Assembly: GCA_973851085.1 (NCBI GenBank)
Contig: OZ316776.1
Location: forward strand, 310,001 to 374,000
DNA: 64,000 bases
Reading direction: 5' to 3'
DNA from: Ptychomitrium polyphyllum
Taxonomy: Eukaryota
The position numbers and the translations under genes were made by a program. The notes under the pieces are model-generated. The model saw only the letters and a program-made list of their open reading frames with translations. It did not search any database and was not told where the DNA came from. Of this stretch, positions 40,714 to 53,473 are shown one piece after another; within the stretch, counting starts at the first letter, position 1; each line of letters begins with the position of its first letter.

Positions 40714-43587
40714 ATGGACTGCACACGAGAGCAACATGGTGTTTTGGAAATCTATCAATTCGAAGCCCGCACAGGAGAACCAATACGAGAATTGAAAGGT
40801 GGAGCTTGCAGCTGTCACTTAGAAAAAGGATCTTATTCTCCATCTCCTCCGCCTGCCTGCTGTCCACCTCCGTGTCCTCCAGTTTACACATGTCCTCCAC
40901 CTCCATGTCCTTCGTATTATCTGTGTCCTCCTAGACCAGTTGAATCGTGTCTGCCTGGGTTACACCAAAAATACAGAGATTTCTATCCAGACTGTACAGA
41001 GAATCATCTTCCAAGTAGTTACCAAAATGTTGTAGAACACGATGACCTTTACTTACCTCCTCGTCCCCTGATTTCAGCCTCAAACTACTACAAACGGCCC
41101 ACATCTTCAAGATCCTGGTCACCTCCTTCCCCACCCTCACAACAGAAATGCCATTATGGGGCCGCACAAGCCCAAAAAGGACAAGTGCGGCCTGGTTCAA
41201 CCTTGGACATGCGCATTCTAGAGTCAAAACCATGCTCCCAGTCCTTCCATGCATCTCCTAGAGGGTCAACACCCACACACCCCGACCACTCTGCGTCGCT
41301 CTATATTGTGGAGACGCAACTGCAGATGTCGCCAAGGCAATCCCACTCAAGGTCAACTTCCCCAATGCAGCCACATCTCAAAAGCTGCTCGAGTCCGCGA
41401 GGTTTAGGAGTCAAAGACTGGAAAAATACAAGCTGCCAATGCAGCCCGAGAATTGAAACAGATTCAGGACTCAAGTCATTCCATACACGAAAATCAGGAG
41501 TCAGTCCACCGCTCTCTCCTTACAACCGAGAGCCTTCTCCTTCTCTTTCACCTTGCTCTCCACAGAAGCATCCCTCGTATTATCCTTCGAGATTCCCAGA
41601 ATCGCTGTCTCGTCCCCTCAATCGGTTACCATATGCTACAGAGCTAGTGACTGTGGAGAAACATGTCCAATGTAACTATAGTTCTCAACTAGAGGCTTCT
41701 GATTATGACCAGCCACATACTAGAAGCTCTGTAAGTCCGTCTCTCTATGATACAGGTGCCTCGATACGCAGAATTTTGCGCCCAGAAAGTTCCCTTCACT
41801 CGGCTCCTGATACCAGCCGCCTGGAATGCACCTGCCACCAGAATCCAGCCAGGACAAGGTACAACCAGTTACTTTGTCCGACTCAAAATGGATCACGCTC
41901 CCAGTCGCCCTCGCAATCAAGTACTTCCACTGCGCAACACCGCAATACAGAGGCTGATCTTAAAATTAAGACATTCCTAAACGATGTTAAGCGGATATTA
42001 ACTTCAGATGTTCCTCCAAGACTGAGTTCAGCCAATCGGAATCATGACTTGGAACAAGACTATTCAAACCTGAGATCTACATTGAAACCGGGATTTCCCT
42101 CAAAAGATTATTCCTCAAATAGGAGGACTACAGATCAGAAACTAGAAAACTTTTCTTCGACGGATTTTTTCTCAAGAGTAAGATCAACTTTGAAACCAGC
42201 TTTACCATCAGTAGACTTTTCATCTAGCGGAAGAACAACAGATCAAAGGCAAGACTTTCCTTCAAGAGACAGTGTTGCCTCAAGCGGGAGACAAGATTGG
42301 AAACAAGAGTATCCTTCAAGAAGAGCAAGAACTGGAAGCAGATTGGAAGAAGCAGATTGGAAACAAGACTTACTTTCACAGGACAATTATCCATCATATG
42401 GGAGAAAAGCAGATCGGAAACAAAGTTGGGATTCTCCATCAAACCCAGACTGGGAGTTTTCCTCAGGCTCAAGAGCGACAGATAAGAAACAAGAGTATTC
42501 TTCATCCGTAAGGACAACAGAACAGGGTACTTCTCCAATTATTGTGACTCCCCTTGTAACTAAATCTGGTCCAAATTATGGTGCAGAAACCGAGTCAGCT
42601 GAAAGGCCAGACACAACCCCAACTCTCACAAACTCCATAAACAGCGAAGCACCAAGAAAATCTAGGCCGCTTCAAAGTGGAAACGGTCTATATGAAGCAA
42701 CGAAGAAACCATCAATACGCACTTTACTGGATAACATTTCACCAGCCACAGAGTCTGAAGAAGATCACGGATACGGCCCCATACAAGCCACTCCTAAGGC
42801 TGCAGAATCAAAGCATCCAGCAAAGCCTAATTTCAACAAACAGAATACAACGTCGTGGTTTACCAACGGAGAAGTGATACGCCGATGCTGTTGTGGAAAG
42901 TGCAAGAGCACGTACCGTCGGAGCCACTTCACGACGAAATGTCCGTTTTGTGCAAACGTGCATTCATGTTGTTGTGGCATGTGCAGTTGTCCCTTTCCAT
43001 CTTGTACTAGCACTTCTCCAATCCCTGACTCGAACACTTATAATCATACGTCCACCACAAATTCTGCGGGCAATGACAATCTCCACAAGCTCCATCTTCA
43101 CAACAACAATTCAAGTTTTTCATCACGGCCGAAGTCTCTGTCTCCAATGAGGAAATCGTATCTTGCAGGGCTTGAACTCCCAGACAAATATCGTCCACGC
43201 TCCAAATCGACACGATCCAAGTGCAGGATCCAGGAGAAAGGCTTTGAACCCAGTCCAAGGACATTGTTCGAATCTTTCCACAGACACTTGAAGTCGGAAT
43301 TCCGTCATGCAAAGACAAGCATAGGTTCACAAAGGAAAGGCCCTGAGCGGCGATCTGCACACTGTAAACCGCCATCAACGTATCCAGCCAGAAACTGCTC
43401 GCAGCAGACGAAGCGGCCGAGCACACGGAAAGCCCCAAAGGAACAACAACAGCAAGCACCATGGGGCACCCATCCAATCTTGCTGTCTTCCAAGCCACCA
43501 GACGGCCAAGCTCTCGAGTACCGTCCGCCCTACAGCGGTTCCCACCGCGGTTGCTGTTGCCCACGCTGCGTTAACGGAAAACTGTAG
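40714..43587 (+). CDS. Uncharacterised 957-aa Ser/Pro/Arg-rich protein with Cys clusters
   Basis: 2.9-kb uninterrupted ATG-initiated ORF in non-repetitive DNA; no family recognised. Confidence 0.8.
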   Translation: MDCTREQHGVLEIYQFEARTGEPIRELKGGACSCHLEKGSYSPSPPPACCPPPCPPVYTCPPPPCPSYYLCPPRPVESCLPGLHQKYRDFYPDCTENHLPSSYQNVVEHDDLYLPPRPLISASNYYKRPTSSRSWSPPSPPSQQKCHYGAAQAQKGQVRPGSTLDMRILESKPCSQSFHASPRGSTPTHPDHSASLYIVETQLQMSPRQSHSRSTSPMQPHLKSCSSPRGLGVKDWKNTSCQCSPRIETDSGLKSFHTRKSGVSPPLSPYNREPSPSLSPCSPQKHPSYYPSRFPESLSRPLNRLPYATELVTVEKHVQCNYSSQLEASDYDQPHTRSSVSPSLYDTGASIRRILRPESSLHSAPDTSRLECTCHQNPARTRYNQLLCPTQNGSRSQSPSQSSTSTAQHRNTEADLKIKTFLNDVKRILTSDVPPRLSSANRNHDLEQDYSNLRSTLKPGFPSKDYSSNRRTTDQKLENFSSTDFFSRVRSTLKPALPSVDFSSSGRTTDQRQDFPSRDSVASSGRQDWKQEYPSRRARTGSRLEEADWKQDLLSQDNYPSYGRKADRKQSWDSPSNPDWEFSSGSRATDKKQEYSSSVRTTEQGTSPIIVTPLVTKSGPNYGAETESAERPDTTPTLTNSINSEAPRKSRPLQSGNGLYEATKKPSIRTLLDNISPATESEEDHGYGPIQATPKAAESKHPAKPNFNKQNTTSWFTNGEVIRRCCCGKCKSTYRRSHFTTKCPFCANVHSCCCGMCSCPFPSCTSTSPIPDSNTYNHTSTTNSAGNDNLHKLHLHNNNSSFSSRPKSLSPMRKSYLAGLELPDKYRPRSKSTRSKCRIQEKGFEPSPRTLFESFHRHLKSEFRHAKTSIGSQRKGPERRSAHCKPPSTYPARNCSQQTKRPSTRKAPKEQQQQAPWGTHPILLSSKPPDGQALEYRPPYSGSHRGCCCPRCVNGKL

Positions 43588-44845
43588 CCCCATTGGATCG
43601 ACAGACTTTGACGACTCTTGACGTTCAGCATTCCTAGGTCGACGAAATCCGAAGACGGACGTCAAACCCATAGAACCATTTGCCAATGCTCTATTCTCTT
43701 TGATAATTTGAATACTGGAGGATCCAATGACTAGCATGTAATGTTACGGGCTCGGAGAACTCAAGCTTAGAACAGCGATCAAATCCAGAATTTGACGATC
43801 TAATAACGGAGTGAACTCTCTAAGTCCAAAAAGAATGGCCCGCTACTAAGCCTCTGGCTATATGGTCTCGAATCTCAACCCATCTGAATCCTTGGTCGAT
43901 GTCTCTATAGCAGTGATTGCCAAACCTCGGTGAAGCTACATCTCAGGCTGAACGTCAACCAAGGGGGCAGCAATGCGAGGTTCGATCCTCGGCATCGAGA
44001 ACGATGTGGAGTTGTGGCTCTCACAACGGTACATACACGAGATAAAGCCTCATTAGCTACGCAAATCGTTATGAGCTAGGATTTTCTTGTAAGTTTCATC
44101 AGATAAAGTTTATTAAACAAGGGTTTCTAACTGGGAGCCATGAGGTGCAGGCAATGAGGAGCGCCGTACGACCACCTAAGCACGATGGAGTACTTGCATG
44201 AGCCTTCTTCTTGGACCAAATACAAACTTGGTATGCCTGCTACCGCATATATAATGTCAAGAGAGTGATGAATCACCTCTTGGATTGTTCTGTGGAAATT
44301 CCAGTCAATTCATGTTCGTAGTTTCTGCTAGCTCTAATGCCGGGCATCCCTGATCCAACTTAGATGACTCCCAATGCAAGGCTGCTTGGAATGCTAAAGA
44401 ATTACACAAGAAACTTGAACCACGAATATAGGACTTAGGGTTTAGTAATCCTTCGGTGAACTTCACCCAGTAAAGCTATCTTGTCAAAGAACTTAGATCT
44501 TAGCAAACTGAATTTCGATGATCATGTCACAGGCACACTATGCATGCCAGTCTTCGAAAGATAAGGGAAATGGGATCCTGAACTGAAGGCCGGTATTCAT
44601 TTCACTTAAGAGAGGATCGTAACAGAAAACGAGGAGTCCGCTATTCCGCCCCATCACAAACGAATGTATCTGTAACTTTCTTTCAATTCAGAAGGGTCGA
44701 TACTTCAAACACTGCCAAGATTTGGCTGCCAAAAATCCACTCAATCTCAATTTCAGGTGAGGGAGGTGCCCGGAGATGTATCAAATACTATTTCCTGGTG
44801 ACCCACTTTGTGGACTACAGGAAAAGACTGGTCCCGACCGAATGA

Positions 44846-45256
44846 CTACTCTCGAGAGCTGCGAAATATCTCTACGCCTAAGTGATCAAGGACCCCTTCC
44901 ACGGCAACGTGAGGCTTACAGACCTTGACTCTAACATCAGCGACCGACGGGTGCGCACTCAGGAGCGCTTTCGCAATCGCGTTCGCCACGGATTCGACCA
45001 ACTTAAAAGGTGGACCTTCCACAATGGCCTTGATCTGCTTGTACATATCCGCGTAGCTCACAGAATCCGCCATCTCGTCGCTCTCCCCTGCCTTGCTGAG
45101 ATCCATCCATGCGTCCACATCGACCAGGAATTTCTGCCCTAGCTTGTTCTCCTCCACGAATACGCCGTGGTATCCATGAAACAGCATCCCCTGCAGCATT
45201 ATCCTGTCTCTGTTCTTAGGAGTGCGCTCTCCCCCTTCCCCACACCTGCAAGCCAT
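44846..45256 (-). CDS. FOLB: 7,8-dihydroneopterin aldolase (DHNA), intact, single coding exon
   Basis: DRIMLQGMLFHGYHGVFVEENKLGQKFLVDVD..DLSKAGESD..DSVSYAD..EGPPFKLVESVA..KPHVAV..GVEIFR is the FolB signature. Confidence 0.96.
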   Translation of the reverse strand: MACRCGEGGERTPKNRDRIMLQGMLFHGYHGVFVEENKLGQKFLVDVDAWMDLSKAGESDEMADSVSYADMYKQIKAIVEGPPFKLVESVANAIAKALLSAHPSVADVRVKVCKPHVAVEGVLDHLGVEIFRSSRE

Positions 45257-47213
45257 GCTCCCTCGCCGCTTCCAACTTTCTAATTCACCGAGGAGTCAAT
45301 GAATTCAGCAAGGAAAAGATTAGTCGAAGATGCAAGACACTACCATAAGAGTCTCTCCTTACTCCAAACTTCCACTTGTGTTGGACAAATCTCTCCAAGG
45401 ATTAGAATTGCATCACTCAACATGGAAAGAAATTCTTGTGACACTCAAGCATACCAGTACAACTGCCTGTTGTTTTAGAACCCTAACCACAAAAGAAACG
45501 CAAACATAAGGCAAATATGACTGTGAAGGACCATCAACCCTTGATCCTCAGATTCTAGAGCTCATCCACGAAAAATAAAGTAAGAGATTTACCCTATGCG
45601 GAGAAATAAGGATATGTGCTCGTCGATGAGCGACGATTTTCCTAGATGATTTCGAATACAAAGAAACTGTCGTCTACAGCATAGAAAGTAAGTGACAAGA
45701 CAGAACAGAGTTAAAACCTATTTCTGCACAGAATAACATCGAAGGATTCCACGTCAATGTCTGTTAGTATACTTTTTCACTCCACGTGTCACACCCTCTC
45801 GAAATACTGTTTCTTGACTTCGGAGACGAGAGCGATGATGGTTTCTTCTTCTCTGAAATGTTTTGATCTCTGGAAACATAAATTTTGCTGTCTCCAATAA
45901 ATAAGTTCCAGCAAAAGCATTCGTGAATCAAACATTCTAGGGTTAAGAAAGAAACGAGAAAGGATGGAGAAACTTTCCAACTGCCTCACTTCCATTATTG
46001 ATTCGGACTGAGAATTGGCCTTGGAACCAAATTTGACACGCTTAAGTATGCTTTAGATCGCATCGTTATCATACTCAATCAGGCCTACAGGTAATCATTC
46101 AATTCTGAGCCTACGAAATGACCTAAATATGTCTCTCGATGAGAACTCTAGGTGAGAACCTCAAACTGTGTTACGCGGACAGTATATTGGGAGAAGGACA
46201 TCAGGATAACGTGATGCGTGGAAAAGGTGCGAAACCATGGATAATCATGCCTGCTGAAAAGTTCCTGCTTTTCATTAGCTTCGAATGTATTACAAGCTGT
46301 CATACAAGATTTCAACAACCAAGGCACAAAAGCAGTATGCAGATCGTATTGCAGGACAATGGTAGTATCAACACGACCCACTGATTTTTGGAATCTGCTT
46401 CATCAGCTACATTGTTCACATTTCAGATATTGGGCTAAAAATGTAACACGATGATATATAGAACGCTGCAGCAATTCTATTGCACGTATCATCTGCAACT
46501 TATCAGTTACAATCTGATAGACTGCACTAAACGCGATTTGGATCAGGATACTCTCAAGAAATGATATCAAATCTTGTGATATTCAAGTATCCGCTGAAAG
46601 CATGTTTTCTCAAATAGAAACATAGTCCTAAGCACATGGCCACGGCAACAAGTGATTCTAGAATTAAGGCAAAGAAGGGAACATATTATTTTTCTATCAC
46701 AGATGTATCAAATTACAACCGACTCAGCTGCTATGGTTACTTTCATTTACAGCTGAGCATGCCAGACAGAGTCTGACTCGAATTTTAAAACACCTCATGT
46801 CGAACAATGTAGTTGCTGTCCACTCCGGAGACATACTAGTGTCTCTTAATTAGTTTATAGCACATGAATGGATGTGGAAAGAATGTGATTGAGATCTGTC
46901 CTAAGGGTAGCTTTTCACAAATTTCGTCGCCCCTGTCAATCAAGCTCTGAAGTTATACGCAACAGATAATTCATCTACTGTAGCGCTTCCTACCCGTGGC
47001 TTCACGATTTGAGTTGTATCGGACAATGGTGCCTTCATCTTAGCAGTAATTTCAACCCGTTCCTAGGGCCAGGATGTCCATAAGTTGACACAAACCCCAG
47101 TAACCTGTACCAGAATCTGGCGAGTCAAGAATGCACTTATCTCTTCGAATGTGATGGTGAAGACAGTGACATAATCTCCTCAGATAGTCACACCGCCTTA
47201 TTTAACTGTCTCC

Positions 47214-50200
47214 TCATACATTCGATATCTTCTCGTTCTTCAGTTCGTCTTTCATTCCCATAAGCTCCATAATCCGACTATCTAAGAGATCGGAAAGGCT
47301 GTTCACAGATTCAGCCAACTCCACTGCAGCTTCCTCTCTTAGACGTGTTCCTTGCTGGCCCACCACAACAGCTGCAACTCTAGCTGCCAAATCTCCCATT
47401 CCTTTCACATCTGGAACTCCTCGAAGCAATCCATAAAGTATACCTGCAGCATAGGCATCTCCAGCACCACAAGTATCTACTGGAACGCAGGGAGCAGGTG
47501 GAATAAAAACCACTTCTCCTCGCAGTCCAATGTAAGAACCACGGACCCCATCCGTGACAGAAACCAGTGGGCAGAACTGATTGAGATGCTTGGCAGCCTG
47601 TTCCGGAGTAGAGTCATCTCCAAGAGCACTAAGAGCTCGAGCTTCATCAGCGTTGGCGAATAATATATCTGTACTTTGGCACATAACATCCCTGCAACAG
47701 AAATCCCAACAGTAAACATAAGATATCAAAATAAATACGTAATTGAAATGCCTTCATGTAAAGCCCATATGTGCTCACACAAGCATTTAAACTAGGAAAG
47801 CCTATACCATAATTCTAGTGATGGCTTTCTAGTAACATGTAAACAAAACAACTTCATGTTTAAGTCCTTAACAATCTTTAAACACTAACTAGCTTATTTC
47901 ACAAACTTAGGTCTGCAAAATTATGTACTGAAGTTGCTGCTCACCAAAATTGTTGTCGATGTCGAGTTACACAGGAGACATCACTTGCAGTCAATGCCAC
48001 TAACACCCCTTGCTGACGCGCCGCCTCACAGGCTTGAGCAATAGCCTCGATGGTCTGGCTAATCTCCCACAAGTAACCTTCAACTACTAATACTCGGGAT
48101 TTACCAATAGCACCGGCCAGTACTGTATCAAAGTTTACAATGGAAGACATTCCCTGCTCAAAAAGACAGATAGAAGTTAGATTCGTCGGACTTGTCAGAT
48201 GCACGCAACCGAAACACCAATTAGGGAGTAAAAACCAGTATAACATTATCAACTCTCGAATCCTGATGAGAAAAATATGAAAGATTCCAACCTGATAAGA
48301 CAGCATGGTACGTTGTGCATCAGGCGTGGTCAACACAATGACAGTGCCAGTCGTGCCATCTACGACAGGCTGAGACAAGAAATGTACATTTGCCCGGAGC
48401 AATTTTGTTCTGAACAAGCACACAAGAAACACACTTTCAGCTCGTGCTCACGTCGCTAGCATCTCAAAGTTTGACATACCTACCACCGAAATTACAGCCT
48501 ACAGAAGCACACAAATTCAAGCACAAAGCCGTTTCAAACGAGCCGGTGGATGTCAAAAAGCGCAACAACACAGCAAAGAAAGTTGTTGCGATAAAAGGAC
48601 TGCAGGAAGTTGTCACCTGTAAAAATCCCCCAAAGCATCACTGCCGACACTGCCAGTCATTGCAACATTTTGCGCGGAGCTCTGGCTGCTGGCTACGCCC
48701 AACCGCGCCAGTGCAACAAGTGTGTTGGAGAGAGACCCTCCTGCAGAAAGCTTGTAATTCCGACCATCTAAAGCACGCAACACTTTTCCTCTTTCCTCGT
48801 GATTTACTACCTTCCGGGTGCCTTTCACTAACCCTAGTTCTTCCAAAAAATCATCACCTACAGTACCTGAGAAGTCAACCTATACACAATACAGCAGGCA
48901 AATCAAGTCGAGATTTAGATCACGTTCTCTTCAGAGTTCATATTCCGACGTCAACACATTTTAAAACCAGCAAAGGTGAAACATCATGAATCAGCAAACG
49001 AAATAGTAAGTGAAAGTAGTACTGTAACTACCATAGCTTGGCCGAGCCCCACCACGTCCCAACGCTCTGGGACCTTTTTGTCTGGTATGCCATAAGGCTG
49101 CTCCTCTATTCTCTGTGAATCACCATTCACCTGCATTCCAAACACCCACCAGCCTTGAGCACTATTCCTTGAACACCCTTGTTGCACTATTCCTAACCTG
49201 GTAGATCACCGGCCAAATGTCGCAATTTGTGATCAGGACACAAAATGTGACGGCATTATCGAGGTCTCAGAAGAACATGATTAGCGTCCTTTAAACCCTC
49301 ACTAGAGTTTCTCTGTAGGTACTAACACGACATATATTGACGCGAAGCTGTACCACAGGTGTCTCAAAAGTGTTTGAAGAAAACACATGCGCCATGGTAG
49401 ATAGGGCGACGAGCAACCCCAGCAAGTTGGGCACCAAAGCTTCAACTCGCTTTCATCAACAACCAAGCATATTACCCTCGCTCTGTGTCGGTGTATGCTC
49501 TAAGTTAGCCTGCATCTCGCCTTATTTAGTAACGCAGAGTTCAAGTTCTGAAATTCTGAGATTACCAACTACATCCAAACAGAGACAGTCACTTTCATCC
49601 CGACCTATGAGAAAAGCTGTTCTACCTACTCAGCGTTACAAACAATAGAACCAGGTGACATATCTCAGATTTCATACAGTACATACACCTCCGAAAATAC
49701 CAAGTTATCCACTATCGCCATCAAAACCTAACTACACTCTTTACCGACCTACGGCAATTCCAAGGTATGAGACAGCAGGATTCGGTCCAGAGACACAATC
49801 TCTATCAATTCCTACCAAGAGATCATCCTGCTAATGAAGTTTTGCAGGATGCTTATCTTAATTTCAAAATTTTGCCAGAGAAGAGAACACTGCTAAACCA
49901 TGAACAGCTATCACAACTGACGAGATCATAAGAATTGGAAAAACCCTAAGCCAGCTAGCTGCGCACCTGCGACGCGGCATTCTCCGAGCTGTTATTGACG
50001 GAGTTCCACACCGTGTGTTTCCGCTGCCTGTTATCACCACAGGCACACGCCGGGTTCTGAATCATGACCAGAACGGTGTGCCCACCATGAAGAAAGCCAT
50101 TCGTGCCAACACAGGCCAACCGTCGGGCATTGCACGCAGGCGACAAAGACGATGAACACAAAGCCAGATTACTGCTCCTCGTCCATAACCTCGCATTCGC

Positions 50201-50338
50201 ACCACCGCTCCCTCGCATTCGCAGCAACAGCTGCCTGGAGCAAGAATTGGCCCCCGCGCTTTCCACAGCTCTCTGCATTTGCCCACTGCTGATACTCTGC
50301 TGCAGCAAGACTCCGGGCAGGTTGCCTATGGCGGCCAT
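47214..50338 (-). CDS. NARA5: Plastid pfkB-family carbohydrate kinase, NARA5-like, 6 exons
   Basis: Exons 50338-49967, 49130-49032, 48879-48617, 48409-48292, 48153-47945 and 47691-47214. Motifs PERWDVVGLGQAMVDFSG, AGGSLSNTLVALARLG and the pfkB signature DTCGAGDAY; Ser/Arg-rich transit-peptide-like N-terminus. Confidence 0.88.
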
Positions 50339-51491
50339 CGCGGCCGCCGCCCCTCCCACTCCCCGCTTGCGCCCTCGGCCTAAATCCACAAATCGCCACC
50401 ACTCCTCCAATTCCCTCACTCCCTGTCCACTCTCGCACGGTAAAAAACTCAAATTCTCCGCAATTGGGTGCAATTGAACTGTCTCTGAGGAATCTGGGCG
50501 AGCTGCCGCGACGAGGAACTGTGAATGTGGCGATGGTGGGAAAGAAGATCACGCCCTGTATATACCGAGTGTGCGAATACACTCCCAAAAACCGCTATTG
50601 CATTGGAGACCGCCGTGATCCGATGATCTCATAGATGTCGGACACGCAGACTATCGTATGCCGTAGATGATGGATTTCGAGTATGGTGATGGTTTTACGG
50701 TATGTATTATTTTGTGGATGGCGTTCAGCCGCTGCCGTCAGTTGCTGCATTTAGATCGTTCGTCGGTTGTGTTTCATTCGTTGTCAAGGAGATAAGTTTT
50801 CATCCCTGCGGACCGACTCACTTCTAAGGAGCCTTCGTTGTCCTCCGTCGACGTCGTGGTGGAGCTGCCATGACCTCTATCGTTTTCATTGCGTGGCATT
50901 CTGCAACAATAAAACAGCCTTAATCTTTGCACATTCATGCTATTCTCTTTTTAACCCATGAATACATGCTACATCTATTCCACTTCCAACATGTGTCACA
51001 TGCATTGCAACACATCTATCACATACTGCAATACATTATAGATATCAAGTACAGGAATTGTTGGTTTTGCCAATAATTAAAAAAATTACCTCTTTCAATT
51101 AGGTTTTCATGAAATTATAGCTGAGTGTAGAATCTTTAATATTTAAAACTAAAATAAGATGGTTTAGATCATAGAAGCTTTTTCATAATTTATAACAAGG
51201 CCTCTGATAATGAGCTTTTTGAATATATTTGCAAGATATTGTTATGAAACATGTGAAATGATCAAATTAAATGTAATTTACAAGTAAACCATTTACAATA
51301 GGTGCTCAGTTATCCGAGAGCCTTTGTGGTGTGCGAGCTTTGCAAGAGCTCTTATGAGTTGCGGTGTAGAGATCTGGCGAGTCACGTGATCTCGCAATGG
51401 TGGAGACTCTAGCCGTTTGGCACGCAGCTTCTTGCTTGAGGGTTGTAGGGGAACTGTAGAATGTGAGGTGTGTGAAGGGAGTTGCAATGCC

Positions 51492-52388
51492 ATGGGCGTC
51501 TGGTGGTGCTGCGATTCCGGCTAGGGAGGTTTGGAGAAGCGCGGTAAGTTTTCTGGCGATCTTAAGTCGTGTCTCGATGCGCCGTCGATGCGGCATTTGA
51601 AGGAGTACAGGCTGAGGGAGGCTGAGAGAGAGAAACTGGGGCTAGTGAGCCAGGAGAAGGAGTGGGCTTTAGAAAGAACCAAGACTGAAGCTAAATTTAT
51701 TGTAAACGAGAAGTAGAAAGCAGGTCGATCCATTTGGAAGACTGTTCATGATATCTAAAGGTTTATGTTTTTCTTGCGTTGGGTGTTTGTTTCGATCAGC
51801 TCATTTTTCCGATGGTCGAGGTTCACTTGTGTTTCGCGACTAAAGAAATTGACTTGCAGGCGGTTGTGACGTAGAATGTTATTTGAATTTGTACGAAGCT
51901 GAAATTCTGGACCAGGATTTAGGGTTTGAGACGGACGTCTTGGAAGCATTTTGATCTGGCGTTCATTAACATGAAGTTCTGCGACCTCATCGTTGAATTA
52001 AAATGAAGCTGGCACAGAGAAGGGAGATAGAGTGGAGGCTGTCGCACAAACTGAGCAACTTCCAGCGTATGAGTTGACGAAAGACGAGGGCGTGATAGTA
52101 ACGAAAGAATACAGTAGGTTTCTCATGGAGGAAGCCAGGTTGAAAGCCGCGGCGGAGAATGTGAGGTTACAATTGAAGAAAGACGCGATTACTGCTCTTC
52201 ACCTGCTCCCTAGAGAAAAAGCTTTGGTACCCGACTCCAGACCCTTCCATCCCACTAGAATCCCAGCTTCCTTGACGCCACCAATTCCAGGCTACGTAGA
52301 AGAAATGACAAGATCAACAGAACACTGCCAAAATCCACAAGATAAAATAGGCTCCTCAAACACCCTACCTGAACTATCTCCATTGTAG
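51492..52388 (+). pseudogene. Mitochondrial ribosomal protein mL40-like pseudogene
   Basis: Fragments LDAPSMRHLKEYRLREAEREKLGLVS and KEYSRFLM..LKKDAI..ALVPD..PF..LTPPIPGY resemble plant mL40 as recalled; in-frame TAG stops near 51521 and at 51714; no clean start. Confidence 0.65.
51919..51927 (-). promoter_or_regulatory. Telo-box (AAACCCTAA) in the intron of the mL40-like gene
   Basis: TTAGGGTTT on +; telo-boxes are common near plant translation-machinery genes. Confidence 0.35.
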
Positions 52389-53473
52389 TTTTCTGTCTCT
52401 CAAAATTCCTTTCTTGATGTAGCCCTTCAAATTTTGTTAGGTACAAGCTTCATGTATTAGCTTTGGGCCTCACCAATCATAAGCATCGCATCGCATCATT
52501 GGTTCCATAAGCGTTTAGTGGACCTGTCAATACTAGATGTAGCGCATGTTATTTAAGTTATTATTCAGAGCTACCAGTACTATTAGGTGCTGTGCTTCTT
52601 GGAAGAAAGACGTCATGATCATACACAAAGTGGTCCTTCCTACACCATATCATCGACACTCGCCATTTTCAGATGTTAGTGGCTAACCTGAACTTTCCAG
52701 TATACAGTAATGCATGAACCCGCAAGGGAATTTTGGAGAAACGAAATTTGCTTAACGGTAGATTTATGCTCAGTCACGAAGAGTGCAGTTTTCAGATTCT
52801 ATCAAATAGTCATAGGATTCTTATGTTTATGTTGATAGAAGCTTGCAGTCTTGTTGATGATCATCTGCAGCATTTGTTACCTGATGCCCGGCGTCAAGGG
52901 AATTTGGAAATGTGCAGTTAAACATAAAAATTCAACCTTTGCAGAGGTCATTGACGCGTTGCATTGGAATATCTCAAGTTTGCCAATGAATGACGCATCC
53001 AGTAACTCACTCACATGTTTAATGGTGATTCAACTCTAAAACTAGATGACTTTTTAATTGCAACTGGAGTTCTGCGTGCAAGTGGAAGAGTCCTTATAAA
53101 CCATACATCACATGAGACACCACAAGGTTCGAAGAGAATCACTATATGAACTCCATCTTCAAGACGTTTAAAAGGAAAGAATTCAATGTTCCTCGTACTC
53201 ACATGTCTGAGAACACTGTCAGTACAATTGTTGGAGAAAGATGAGGTAATATGGTCAAAACGGGGGTCAGAAGGACTGCAGCTACGTGCTCATCCATGAG
53301 GAGTGTCTATACGTTAACCTCAGATTCTACACAGTAGTCCATGTATGAGCTGTGTGCCTGAATTATCTTCACTTTTGCATCCATGATAAAGGTGCATCAC
53401 TACAGACAAGTGCTTCATCTCAGATCAAGGTGGCCCTGCAGCCGCGGCTCATGCATGTGAGAATTGAATGTGT

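Noticed and set aside
43970..44000. tRNA gene suggested by the hairpin CGAGGTTCGATCCTCG
   Set aside because: The loop is one base short of a T-loop, and no D-arm, anticodon arm or acceptor stem could be built.
47214..50338. pfkB kinase as a member of the folate cluster
   Set aside because: It resembles plastid NARA5 and has no known pterin role; the missing pathway step needs a pyrophosphatase/phosphatase, not a kinase.
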